Source: Methanomassiliicoccales archaeon
GTDB taxonomy: Archaea; Thermoplasmatota; Thermoplasmata; Methanomassiliicoccales; JACIVX01
Length of the DNA stretch: 64,000 bases
Direction of reading: 5' to 3'
Assembly: GCA_050010535.1 (NCBI GenBank)
Contig: JBEKKT010000003.1
Location: forward strand, 1,374 to 65,373
Of this stretch, positions 8,724 through 18,449 are shown piece after piece. Every line of letters begins with the position of its first letter. Within the stretch, counting starts at the first letter, position 1. The position numbers were made by a program, and so were the translations under genes. Under the pieces are notes generated by a model, which did not search any database, was not told the origin of the DNA, and saw nothing but the letters and a program-made list of their open reading frames with translations.

Positions 8724-9557
8724 ATGAACGACTTCTTCGACCTCTACAGAAAGGACAGATGGCCGACGATATTCTGCCCCGGTTGCGGCATCGGGACGGT
8801 CATGAACTGCTTCTACAGGGCGTTCTCGGAGCTCGGCATGGACCAGGACAAGGTCGTGTTCGTGTCGGGAGTCGGATGCAGCTCGAGAATACCGGGGTAC
8901 ATCCGTGCAGATTCGATACACACGACGCATGGTAGGGCACTTGCAGTGGCGACAGGCCTCAGTCTGTCGAATCCTGACCTGAAGGTGATCGTCTTCACGG
9001 GGGATGGAGACCTCGGAGCGATCGGGGGCAATCACTTCATCCACTCAAGCAGGAGAAACGCTGATATGACGGTGTTCTGCGTAAACAATAACATTTACGG
9101 GATGACCGGGGGTCAGGCTTCGACGACCACGCCCCACAAAGCGTTCAGCACAACGACACCCTACGGCAACATGGAATTCCCTTTCGATCTCGCTGAGTTG
9201 GCCGTTACCGCTGGAGCGAATTACGTCGCTCGATGGACCGTTCGGAACGTGAAGGAACTAATAGGATCAATGAAGAAGGCCCTCGTCAAGGACGGATTCA
9301 GCTTTGTGGAGGTGGCCTCCCCCTGCCCGACAGGTTTCGGCAGGAAGAACAAGATGGGCGATCCTAGACAGATGTACGAATGGTTGAAGATAAAGTCCGT
9401 CAGGAAGGAGAAGTCCGAGCTGTGGAAGATGGATCCAGTCGATTTGAATATCAGGGGACAGATCACGATAGGGGAGTTTGTCGATAGAAGTAGGCCATCT
9501 CTTGGCTCGATGCTCAGATCGATGATGAATGAGGATCGACATGAGAATGAAGACTGA
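8724..9557 (+). CDS. korB: 2-oxoacid:ferredoxin oxidoreductase beta subunit (TPP-binding)
   Basis: ATG 8724 lies 1 nt after the korA stop. It has WPTIFCPGCGIG, the TPP motif GDGDLGAIGGNH, and CVNNNIYGMTGGQ. The longer upstream extension of track ORF 8613..9557 overlaps korA and is rejected. Confidence 0.9.
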   Translation: MNDFFDLYRKDRWPTIFCPGCGIGTVMNCFYRAFSELGMDQDKVVFVSGVGCSSRIPGYIRADSIHTTHGRALAVATGLSLSNPDLKVIVFTGDGDLGAIGGNHFIHSSRRNADMTVFCVNNNIYGMTGGQASTTTPHKAFSTTTPYGNMEFPFDLAELAVTAGANYVARWTVRNVKELIGSMKKALVKDGFSFVEVASPCPTGFGRKNKMGDPRQMYEWLKIKSVRKEKSELWKMDPVDLNIRGQITIGEFVDRSRPSLGSMLRSMMNEDRHENED

Positions 9558-9738
9558 TCGAAGCATGTCCATAACTATCTTGTCAGAGTGCCCGCATGGC
9601 ACTCACCCTCATGACCTGCCTGATGCGGGGCAGCTCACGGAATAGGATCTGAGCAGGATCTATTATGTCCCACCTCAAAGACAATGTGGCTTTCCAGTCT
9701 GGCCTCATCGCTTCGTCCAGTCTATAGCTGACGGTCCT

Positions 9739-10303
9739 CTAGTTAACAATGTTCCAGAAGGCGTCGACGAACTTGGGCCGCAGATTCCTGTAATCAATGT
9801 AGTATGCATGCTCCCAGACATCCAAGACCAGCAGGATAGACATTCACGTTGTGTTTCTCGATCTGCATTATAAGCAGGGGTTTCGTCTGCCTGCAGTATG
9901 CCAAGGCAGCCCAACCACATCCCTCGACGCTGTTAGCGACTTGATTAAACTCCTTCTTGAATCTGTCAAAACTCCCGAACTCTCCGCCTATCTCATCTCC
10001 CAAGTAACCGCCGGGGGGGGGCGCCTCCACTTTCTCCAGCAGGAGCCATGTTCTCCAGAACAATGAATGAAGAAGATGTCCTCCGATGTGGAATGATAAT
10101 TCCTTTAGCGTGGACTTCACATCGAAATCCAAACCGTCTTTCCTTGCCTTCTCCATTTTCTCCAATATCGCGTTGGCGCCATTCAAACAGACGAGATGGT
10201 GTTTGTCGTGGTGTGTCGTCAGTGGTTCCTCCGAAATGATCGGCTCCAAGCCCTTGTACCCGTATCTCAGTTTTGGAAGCGAGTGGGACTTCGTCGTTTT
10301 CAT
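9739..10303 (-). pseudogene. sod: Fe/Mn superoxide dismutase, disrupted by three indels
   Basis: Track ORF 9794..10303 has SOD motifs (LPKLRYGYKGLEPIISEE, HHDKHH, FGSFDRFKKEF, GCGWAAL) but ends early. The missing C-terminus [34 protein letters not shown] is present in another frame, ending at 9739. The shift is near 9831..9836. Between 10013 and 10057 the conserved FWENMAPAGESGGAPPGG reads only in an alternate frame, so two compensating indels are inferred, one of them in a G9 run. Confidence 0.8.
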
Positions 10304-10430
10304 TTGATCACCTCTGACAAAACACCTGAGTTCCGCGTATGGCTTGATTTTGGAGGTGATGCTGACAAGGGACGAGAATAGAAAAGGAGATTTAGTTGAA
10401 TCTGGATAGGAGTCGCATTAGTGGTATGAG

Positions 10431-10985
10431 ATGACCATTTCGGTGCGTTTTGCTGGTATGGGTGGGCAAGGGATCTTATTCTCGGGAATCGCACTCGCGC
10501 GGGCTGTCTCTCTCTACGAAAGGAGAGGAGGGAAGGAACTCTTTGCTGTTCAGACTCAGTCATATGGTCCCGAGGCCAGGGGTGGATCGTCTAAATGCGA
10601 TGTCAAGATATCTGAGAATCGGGACTTCTATCCTTTTGTCACCGTCCCTGATTATCTTCTTCTGATGTCCCAACCGGCGTACGACAGGTTCATCGGCGTC
10701 TCGCACAAGGATACGTTGGTCGTCCTTGACGAGGACGCCGTGGAGGGGAGGCCCGATCTGCTCTACTATGAGATACCAGCTACGAGAAAAGCAGAGGAGA
10801 TGGGCAAAAGAATTGTCGCGAATGTGGTGATGCTTGGCGCCTTCATCGAGATCAGCAGGCTTGTGAGCAAGAAATCCGTACTCAGGGCTCTCGCTGACAT
10901 CGCCCCGAAAGGTACCGAGACTCTCAACAAGAAGGCGTTCGAACTCGGCTCTTCGCTTGGCAAATCAGCAATTAAGGAAGACTAG
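10431..10985 (+). CDS. korC: 2-oxoacid:ferredoxin oxidoreductase gamma subunit
   Basis: MTISVRFAGMGGQGILFSGIALARAV is the typical gamma-subunit N-terminus. Length is 184 aa. The antisense sod pseudogene separates it from korDAB. Confidence 0.85.
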   Translation: MTISVRFAGMGGQGILFSGIALARAVSLYERRGGKELFAVQTQSYGPEARGGSSKCDVKISENRDFYPFVTVPDYLLLMSQPAYDRFIGVSHKDTLVVLDEDAVEGRPDLLYYEIPATRKAEEMGKRIVANVVMLGAFIEISRLVSKKSVLRALADIAPKGTETLNKKAFELGSSLGKSAIKED

Positions 10986-11117
10986 TTAGAAATAACCGGA
11001 GCCGACGAACAGTCCGAAATCACGATCCCTGGCTGCGAATCTAGTGACCGAACTCTCATCCTCGAGGAGAAAAGGTTAAATCCGCAATGCCATTGCAATT
11101 CCGTTGGAGGGACGCCA

Positions 11118-11789
11118 TTGGACCTAAGTTCAGCAAGAAGACAAGGGAGAAAGGGGCTCTCTGAGAGCGAGGTCAAGAGCCTTCTGAGGAGTCGCGGGGT
11201 CAAGACGACAGACTTCAGAGTACCGGAGAGGAGGGAGCTCGAATCGCTTGACGTCAAGTTCCCTGTCGCGGTCAAAGTGTGTTCCCCAGATATCCTTCAC
11301 AAGACCGAACTCGGCGGAGTCTTCCTCAACGTAAAGGACAGAAAAGAGATGATCGCTAGGTACGACGAAATCAAGTCTAAGTTTCCCAAAGCATCGGTGC
11401 TCATCGAACCAATGGAGAAACCCGGCATCGAGGTGATAATAGGGCTATTCAAGGACCCAAATTTCGGTCTCAGCATGATGTTCGGCATGGGTGGTGTGCT
11501 GACAGAGCTTTATAAGGATGTCTCTTTCCGCCTAGTGCCAATCAGCAGGCTAGATGCGGACGAGATGGTCAGTGAGATCAAGGCCGAGAGAGTGTTCCGC
11601 GGGTTCAGGGGGATGATAGCAGATCGGGACGCCCTGCTCGAATTGCTGGTTGAGGTATCCTCACTCGGAAACGAGGTCAGAGACCACATAAACCAATTAG
11701 ATCTCAACCCCGTCTTCGTGAGAGATGCCGATTGCGTGGTAGTGGATGCAAAACTGATTCTAGAGCCCTCGTGGTCTTTGCCACGATGA
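11118..11789 (+). CDS. acdB: acetate--CoA ligase (ADP-forming) beta subunit (ATP-grasp)
   Basis: The 223-aa ORF reads LSESEVKSLLRSRGVKT...FPVAVKVCSPDILHKTELGGVFLNV...LDLNPVFV, as in ATP-grasp_5 domains of NDP-forming acyl-CoA synthetases. TTG start with GGAGGGA upstream. Confidence 0.8.
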   Translation: MDLSSARRQGRKGLSESEVKSLLRSRGVKTTDFRVPERRELESLDVKFPVAVKVCSPDILHKTELGGVFLNVKDRKEMIARYDEIKSKFPKASVLIEPMEKPGIEVIIGLFKDPNFGLSMMFGMGGVLTELYKDVSFRLVPISRLDADEMVSEIKAERVFRGFRGMIADRDALLELLVEVSSLGNEVRDHINQLDLNPVFVRDADCVVVDAKLILEPSWSLPR

Positions 11790-11842
11790 CTTTTATTTAC
11801 ATCAAACAACAATGAGAGCATACACGTGAGACGGTTGATCAC

Positions 11843-12241
11843 ATGGCGACCCGGGACGAGCTGGCAATAGAGTATTTCAAATGCACAAAAAGAGAGCGAG
11901 CAGTTTTCGAAGCGGGCATCAAGCTCGGTACAGTATATCATCAGTTCATCGGAACGCCTGTCAGCGCCTCCAACGTCGGAAGCCTGGAGAAGGCGATCGA
12001 GGAAGGCGTCAAGGTCCAGCCGTTCGTTGATGACGTGAAAGTGAAAATCGATCGGAAGTCTCTGAGGAAGAAGCGAAACGAATTCGACTACCAGTCTCTG
12101 ACAGGCGCGATGTTGGACGTGAGAGTCAGGATTCGGGTCGAGAACGTCCGCGTCGTGGCCCGAATGAGATACGTCGAGGAGCTGAACTACCCTCTTATGT
12201 TCGTCGAGAAGATATCCGAGTCTCGACTGGGTGTTTTTTAA
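11843..12241 (+). CDS. mptD: archaeal dihydroneopterin aldolase MptD-like protein (COG2098)
   Basis: The 132-aa ORF has KRERAVFEAGIKLGTVYHQFIGTPVS, which I recognise as the conserved N-terminal block of the MptD family. The assignment is from memory only. Confidence 0.55.
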   Translation: MATRDELAIEYFKCTKRERAVFEAGIKLGTVYHQFIGTPVSASNVGSLEKAIEEGVKVQPFVDDVKVKIDRKSLRKKRNEFDYQSLTGAMLDVRVRIRVENVRVVARMRYVEELNYPLMFVEKISESRLGVF

Positions 12242-12338
12242 AAAGCCACAAAGATAATTAGACAGAAACGCCATATATCTTTTTACAATTTCCGCGGTCG
12301 GGAATATTGCACGGCTTATTTGTGCTTTGGTGGCGAAG

Positions 12339-12884
12339 ATGAATAGGGGGATTAAGATTGGTATAACTGGTCTTCCTGGCGCCGGGAAGACCCACGCACT
12401 CCTCAAAGTCGTCGAGATGCTAGAGACCGACGATCTCAAGGTCGGAGGAATGATCACTGAACCTATCATCGAGGACAACAAGCGGATTGGCTTCTATGTC
12501 ATTGACTGGCAGACGAAGAAGAAGGCGGTCCTCGCTGACGTCACCATCCAAAGCAAGTTCATGGTTGGGAAGTTCGGCGTTGACCTTAACGCGCTTGACG
12601 ACATTGGCGTGGCCGCCCTCACGAGAGCCTGCGAGCAGGCGGACGTCGTCGTTATCGATGAGGTGGGGAAGATGGAGGTTGAGAGCGAGAAGTTCGTCGT
12701 CGCGGTCAAGGCAGCCCTAGACGTCGACAAGCCAATCATTCTCACACTTCACAAGAAATCTCGGAACCCTTTGCTCCAGGACATAAGACGCAGAGATGAC
12801 ATACGGATCCTTGAGGTCACTCCGATCAACAGAAACCTCTTGCCGTACAAGATAATGAAGCTCATGAAAGGAGAGCTCTTGTGA
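12339..12884 (+). CDS. nucleoside-triphosphatase, THEP1/NTPase_1 family
   Basis: It has a Walker A motif (IGITGLPGAGKTH) and VVVIDEVGKMEVESEKF, typical of the MJ1559/THEP1 family. ATG 12339 is preferred over TTG 12327. Confidence 0.8.
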   Translation: MNRGIKIGITGLPGAGKTHALLKVVEMLETDDLKVGGMITEPIIEDNKRIGFYVIDWQTKKKAVLADVTIQSKFMVGKFGVDLNALDDIGVAALTRACEQADVVVIDEVGKMEVESEKFVVAVKAALDVDKPIILTLHKKSRNPLLQDIRRRDDIRILEVTPINRNLLPYKIMKLMKGELL

Positions 12885-13987
12885 GCAAGATTCCCGACTC
12901 CATACAAATCGTGGAAGGCTCAACGAACCTGGTTGTCCCGCTCGTTCATTCGGCTAGAGGTCCGGGAAAGAGAATCGGCCGAGTGTTCTACAACGAGCAG
13001 ATGGCGTTTAACCGCGATCTGACTATCATGGTGTTCAGAGCCCTTGATTTCGCAGGAAGAAAGGCTCTCGACAGCATGGCAGGTACTGGAGCGAGAGGAG
13101 TCAGGGTTTCGAATGAAGTGGGAGAGGATTTCAAGTTCTACGTCAACGATAAGGACGTGGAAGCCTTCCGCTACATCCAGAAGAACATAGAACTGAACGA
13201 TTTGGACAACTGCCTGGCTGTGAACTCCGACATGAAGTGCCTGCTTTCTGAACACGCGTTCGACTACATAGACGTCGACCCTTTCGGCACGCCTGTTCCG
13301 TACGTCTCCGCCGCAGTCCAGGGGTGCAAAAGGAGAGGAATCCTTGGAATAACGGCGACAGACACGGCTCCGCTGGCGGGTACTCATCCTAAGAAATGCA
13401 TCAGGAGATATGGTGCCAGACCGGTCAGGTGCTCTTTTGGCCACGAACTCGGGCTTAGGATATTGATTGGATACGTTGTGCGCAAGGCTGCCGAATTCGA
13501 CAAAGGTGTCAGACCGATGCTTTGCTTCTACGCAGACCACTACTTCCGTATGTATCTGCGCCTACAGGAGGGCGCAGGGGAGGCAGACAAATCCCTCCAT
13601 CAGCTCGGGTACGTTCAGTATGACCCCGAGACAGGCATTCGAAGCTGCTCCCTTGATCAATACCATAGCATGTCCTTTGGTCCGATTTGGGCCGGACCGC
13701 TCTATGACCGATCACTTCTAAGTTCGATGAATGCCAGCGAGGGATTAGCTAGAAGGGCGCGATGTGAGAAGTACCTTTCTCTGTGGAAGGAGGAGGTGGA
13801 CGTTCCATATTTCTACGACAATGACGAAATCGCTTCGCTGCTTCACGCGTCCCCTCCGACGATGGAAAGGCTACTCGAGAAGATCAGGGAGGTAGGGCGA
13901 GCGTCGAGGACGCACTTCTCCCCGACAGGTTTCAAGACCGACCTCACTCTTGCGGAATTGATGGAAATCATGTCAGAGATCGTCTAA
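12881..13987 (+). CDS. trm1: tRNA (guanine(26)-N2)-dimethyltransferase
   Basis: FYNEQMAFNRDLTIMV, ALDSMAGTGARGVR and IDVDPFGTP are Trm1 hallmarks. The GTG start overlaps the NTPase stop by 4 nt. Confidence 0.9.
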   Translation: MSKIPDSIQIVEGSTNLVVPLVHSARGPGKRIGRVFYNEQMAFNRDLTIMVFRALDFAGRKALDSMAGTGARGVRVSNEVGEDFKFYVNDKDVEAFRYIQKNIELNDLDNCLAVNSDMKCLLSEHAFDYIDVDPFGTPVPYVSAAVQGCKRRGILGITATDTAPLAGTHPKKCIRRYGARPVRCSFGHELGLRILIGYVVRKAAEFDKGVRPMLCFYADHYFRMYLRLQEGAGEADKSLHQLGYVQYDPETGIRSCSLDQYHSMSFGPIWAGPLYDRSLLSSMNASEGLARRARCEKYLSLWKEEVDVPYFYDNDEIASLLHASPPTMERLLEKIREVGRASRTHFSPTGFKTDLTLAELMEIMSEIV

Positions 13988-14036
13988 ACGGCGACCAAAC
14001 AGTTTATCTATTTCTCACATCATCCGAAGGTCTGGT

Positions 14037-15353
14037 GTGACTTTGCCAACACTCGCGATCATCGGCACTCAGTGGGGTGACGAAGGGAAGGGTAAGATCA
14101 CCGACTTTCTCGCGGAGGATGCAGACGTCGTGGTGAGGTTCCAGGGCGGCACGAACGCAGGGCACACCATCTGCATAGGCAACGAGGTCTTCAAACTCCA
14201 TCTCCTACCGTCGGGAATCCTGCGGCGAGAGACAATAGCGGTCATTGGGAACGGCGTTGTGGTCGATCTCGAAGAGCTTCTGGAAGAAATCAAAACCGTG
14301 GAGGCAAGCGGAAGATCTGTAGGGGGTCTGAGAATCTCCGACAGAGCGAATGTCATCATGCCCTATCACAAGACCCTGGATGGGGCCGAGGAGAAATACC
14401 GAGGAGCAAAAGGAGTGGGAACCACGAGGCGCGGAATAGGACCCTGCTACTCTGACAAGATTTCAAGGTACGGCGTGCGCATCGGCGATATCGTCGACAA
14501 AGTGGCGTTAGAAGAGAAGGTCAAAATGATATACCCGATAAAAGAAGGATTAATCACGGCTTTCGGAGGCACCACTCAGGACACAATCGACAGAATCATC
14601 GAGAAGTTGACGTACTACGGCTCCGTGCTCGGGCAATACGTGACAGACACGGTAGTCCTAGTGAACGATGCCATCAAGAACGGCAAGAATGTTCTTTTCG
14701 AAGGCGCTCAGGGCACAATGCTCGACATCGACTTTGGAACCTATCCTTACGTGACATCGTCTAACTGCGTCGCTGGTGGAATCTGCACAGGGGCCGGAGT
14801 GCCGCCTTCGTCGATAAGAGAAGTAATCGGAGTGATGAAAGCCTACACCACAAGGGTCGGAAGCGGGCCTTTTGTGACCGAGCTCCATGATGAGATTGGC
14901 GAGCACCTCCAGAGGAATGGTGGAGAGTACGGCACGACCACTGGAAGAGCCAGGAGATGCGGTTGGCTAGACCTCGTCGTTGTCAGGCACGCCTTGCGCC
15001 TGAGTGGGATCACTTCGCTTGCGATCACGAAGATCGATGTGCTGAACGGCATGAGGACTGTGAAGACCGCTACGGAATATGAGATCGACGGAGAAAGAAT
15101 CAAGGATTTCCCGGCGAGCATATCGAAGCTGAATAGGGCGAGACCGATCTACCAGGAGTTCGATGGGTGGAACGACTGGAGCGAGGAGGATGTCGCCAAG
15201 GTCATCAGCGATGGGTACAAGGCGCTTCCTGCCAGGATGAAGAAGTACTTGAGGTTCATCTCCTTGAACGTCGGAGTTCCTGTCAGCATAGTCAGCATTG
15301 GACCGAAACGAGAAGAGACGATAGACCTCAGAAAGAAGAAGTGGAAGAGCTAA
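14037..15353 (+). CDS. purA: adenylosuccinate synthetase
   Basis: IIGTQWGDEGKGKITD (P-loop), GGTNAGHT and GTTRRGIGPCY are present. Length is 438 aa with a GTG start. Confidence 0.95.
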   Translation: MTLPTLAIIGTQWGDEGKGKITDFLAEDADVVVRFQGGTNAGHTICIGNEVFKLHLLPSGILRRETIAVIGNGVVVDLEELLEEIKTVEASGRSVGGLRISDRANVIMPYHKTLDGAEEKYRGAKGVGTTRRGIGPCYSDKISRYGVRIGDIVDKVALEEKVKMIYPIKEGLITAFGGTTQDTIDRIIEKLTYYGSVLGQYVTDTVVLVNDAIKNGKNVLFEGAQGTMLDIDFGTYPYVTSSNCVAGGICTGAGVPPSSIREVIGVMKAYTTRVGSGPFVTELHDEIGEHLQRNGGEYGTTTGRARRCGWLDLVVVRHALRLSGITSLAITKIDVLNGMRTVKTATEYEIDGERIKDFPASISKLNRARPIYQEFDGWNDWSEEDVAKVISDGYKALPARMKKYLRFISLNVGVPVSIVSIGPKREETIDLRKKKWKS

Positions 15354-16615
15354 GGCAATGAGGCCTTCTCGAAGCCCTCCGCCCCGATTGGCTTCGTGGC
15401 GTCCATGCCCACTTTCGAGGTCAGTTCGTTCGAGCTCGGGTCCAGAGACGATCCAGCAGCGTTTTCGATCACCACGAGACCTCTGCTGGCCTGGAATCTG
15501 GTCGCAACGGCCCACTCCACATCCTGGTCATTGTACACATCGATATCCTTGTCAACGATAGTCACCTTCTTCATCGATGGGTGACCTGTGAACGCAGCCA
15601 TGATCGCGTTGATCCCGTCCCCCTCCTTGTTCTTCGTTATCGACACCACGCCGTGCAACCAGCAACATCCGCCTTCGGTCAGTCTGACATTGTGAACGGC
15701 AGGAACGACCTGACTGACCGTTCTGTAGATAAGCGGCTCTCGAGGAAGCCCCATCAGCAAGTAGTGTTCGACACTTCCCGGGAGCACTATGTGAAAGACC
15801 GGATCCTGTGCATGATAGATCCTATCGATTTCCACCACGGGCTGCATTCTTTTCTTATCGTAGGTTCCCGTGATGTCGACGAAGGGGCCCTCCTCCACCA
15901 TGCTCGAAGTGATCCTTCCCTCCAGGACGAACTCGGAATAGGCTGGAACGAAGATGCCGCTCCTTGTCCTCGCCACCTGGACCGGTTCCCCCAATGTCGA
16001 CTGCCTCAACGAGCTGGCGATTTCCATCTCATCCTGGTTGTACTCAAGGGAAGTTGCCGCGGCAAGAAGAATCGACGGACACACACCTATGCAGAACGCG
16101 ACGGGGAGATCCTTACCTTCAGCGATGCTGGACCTGTACATCATGTAAAGATGCCTTGGAACGAGGCGGATGGCGAATCTGCAGTCGTCAAGCAGCATTA
16201 GTCGGTGGAGCGAGAGATTCCTCTTACCTCCGAATTCTGAGGCCGCTACTGCTGACGTGACATACCTGCCGGCGTCTCCTTTGAACAGTCTGGGAATCGG
16301 TAGTTCTCTCAGATCAAAGTCCTCTTTCACATGATCGAGGAACTGAGGTCTATCGATCTCCGTCGGCTTGGTGGGATGCGAAATTGCATGGAGCATCTTC
16401 TTGGCAATCTCATTCTTCGCTATGTGAAAGTAAGATGAAATTCGTTCCCTGTCGCTCCAGAGATTCCCCACGGCCTCGTAGCCGTTCAAATTCATGAACA
16501 TGAACGGCGTGGTAGGACGCTCGGACAGAATTCTTGCCACGCCATACTCCAGCGGGACCTCTTTATCTACTATGGAGACGCCTTTCATGCTCGAGACAAT
16601 GCTCCTCACAGACAT
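15350..16615 (-). CDS. UbiD family decarboxylase
   Basis: The 421-aa ORF has UbiD-like blocks: GPFVDITGTYD, GGCCWLHGVVSI and GHPSMKKVTIVDKDIDV. Its TAG stop overlaps the purA stop region. Confidence 0.85.
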   Translation of the reverse strand: MSVRSIVSSMKGVSIVDKEVPLEYGVARILSERPTTPFMFMNLNGYEAVGNLWSDRERISSYFHIAKNEIAKKMLHAISHPTKPTEIDRPQFLDHVKEDFDLRELPIPRLFKGDAGRYVTSAVAASEFGGKRNLSLHRLMLLDDCRFAIRLVPRHLYMMYRSSIAEGKDLPVAFCIGVCPSILLAAATSLEYNQDEMEIASSLRQSTLGEPVQVARTRSGIFVPAYSEFVLEGRITSSMVEEGPFVDITGTYDKKRMQPVVEIDRIYHAQDPVFHIVLPGSVEHYLLMGLPREPLIYRTVSQVVPAVHNVRLTEGGCCWLHGVVSITKNKEGDGINAIMAAFTGHPSMKKVTIVDKDIDVYNDQDVEWAVATRFQASRGLVVIENAAGSSLDPSSNELTSKVGMDATKPIGAEGFEKASLP

Positions 16616-16742
16616 GCGAATGTAATCGCCGAGGCGGATATATTAACCCTGCACAGACAGGCTGCAAGACAACGAAGGCGCACACCTGTCGGACAATGGT
16701 CGAGAAGAAAGCTAATATAATGAGATAGGCGATGGCCATGCA

Positions 16743-18440
16743 ATGTCCGGCGGACACATGGAGGAGGTAATCAAGAAGTACGCCCTCCAGAACGCTGTTC
16801 TCTATGGAGGAAAGGCGAACGCGAAGGCCGTAGTAGGCAAGGTTCTGGCAGAAGACCCGGAAATGAGGCCCAAGGGCAGAGAGATCACTTCAATGGCCGA
16901 CGATATCGTGAAACGGATCAACGCCATTCCCGCGGAAGAGCAGCGCAAGATGCTTGAGAACATCGATGCATCCATGCTGAAAAAGGACAAGGTCGAGAGA
17001 ACCCACGTTCTCCCGGACCTTCCGGATGTCGTGAAAGGTGAGGTCGTGATGCGATTTGCTCCAGGACCATCAGGTCCTCTCCATATAGGGCATACGAGGG
17101 TAGCGATCCTAAACGATGAGTATGTCAAGAGATACGACGGGGAGTTCGTCAACAGAATTGAGGATACAAATCCTGAGAGGATAGACCCCGATGCATATCG
17201 CACAATCCCGGAGGACCTGACGTGGCTTGGTGTCAAGGTCCACAGGTTGGTCATCCAGACGGACCGATTCCAACTCTACTACGACATCGCCCGCCAACTT
17301 GTCGACATGGGGAAGGCGTACGTCTGCAAGTGTGCCGTCGATGACTGGAGAAGGATGAAAGAAGAGAGCCGGGCTTGCCCTCACCGCGACAGGAGCATTG
17401 AGGAACAACAAGACGAGCTCGACAAGATGCTTGCGGGCGTCTACAAGGATGAGGAGGCAGTGCTGGTCATCAAGACAGATCTTGACCATCCGAACCCTGC
17501 CATCAGGGATTTCGTTGGTCTGAGGATCGTGAGCTCGGTTCCGCACCCCAGAACTGGAACGAGGTATTGTGCCTATCCGATGATGAACTTCAGTGTCGCT
17601 ATCGACGATCACTTCCTCGGGCTGACCCACGTGCTCAGGGGAAAGGACCACCTGAACAACACCATTAGACAAGAATACATCTTCAACTACTTCGGCTGGA
17701 AGAGACCATGGTATCATCACTACGGTCTCGTTACCATACCTGACACGATTCTCAAGACCTCAATCGTCGGCAAAGGTATCAAAAGCGGCGAGTACTCTGG
17801 TTGGGACGACGTCCGTCTAGGTACCGTCAGGACGATGAAGAGAAGGGGCATCACCCCTGAGGCAATACGCGAGTACTGGGTCGACGTTGGTATGAAAGAG
17901 GTGGATATACAATTTTCCTGGGATACTCTGTACGCCTTCAACAAGCGACAGATCGACTCCGAGGCGGACAGATACTTCTTTGTGTGTGACCCCGTCCCAA
18001 TCTACATCTACGGCATCGAGGAACTGGAATCGTATGCTCCCTTACACCCAGACCACCCAGAGAGGGGTGTCAGGAGGTTGAGACTCCTCGGTAGCCCAAT
18101 ACGGATCATGGTCAATCGGGATGATTTCAACACCTTCAGGGAGCGATGCAAGATCCGCCTGAAGGACCTGTGCAATCTCGAGATGGTAGGCGGCAAGGCC
18201 ACATTCATTGGCAATGACTTGTCGATACTGAAGGACAAGGACCGAGTGCGCATAATCCACTGGGTGCCTGAAGCCTCAATGGAGGCCGTAGTGATGATGC
18301 CCGACGGTGAGAACAGAAAAGGGCTGGTCGAACCTGTACCAAATTCTGAGATCGGGAAGGTCGTCCAGTTCGAGAGATTCGGATTCGCCAGGATCGAAGA
18401 GACGCATCCAGTCCTTAGGGCTGTCTTCACTCAGAACTAG
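16743..18440 (+). CDS. gltX: glutamate--tRNA ligase (archaeal type)
   Basis: It has the class I HIGH motif in FAPGPSGPLHIGHTR. Length is 565 aa, with the anticodon-binding C-terminus typical of archaeal GluRS. The start is ATG 16743 or ATG 16758. Confidence 0.9.
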   Translation: MSGGHMEEVIKKYALQNAVLYGGKANAKAVVGKVLAEDPEMRPKGREITSMADDIVKRINAIPAEEQRKMLENIDASMLKKDKVERTHVLPDLPDVVKGEVVMRFAPGPSGPLHIGHTRVAILNDEYVKRYDGEFVNRIEDTNPERIDPDAYRTIPEDLTWLGVKVHRLVIQTDRFQLYYDIARQLVDMGKAYVCKCAVDDWRRMKEESRACPHRDRSIEEQQDELDKMLAGVYKDEEAVLVIKTDLDHPNPAIRDFVGLRIVSSVPHPRTGTRYCAYPMMNFSVAIDDHFLGLTHVLRGKDHLNNTIRQEYIFNYFGWKRPWYHHYGLVTIPDTILKTSIVGKGIKSGEYSGWDDVRLGTVRTMKRRGITPEAIREYWVDVGMKEVDIQFSWDTLYAFNKRQIDSEADRYFFVCDPVPIYIYGIEELESYAPLHPDHPERGVRRLRLLGSPIRIMVNRDDFNTFRERCKIRLKDLCNLEMVGGKATFIGNDLSILKDKDRVRIIHWVPEASMEAVVMMPDGENRKGLVEPVPNSEIGKVVQFERFGFARIEETHPVLRAVFTQN

Positions 18441-18449
18441 TGAACTGGA

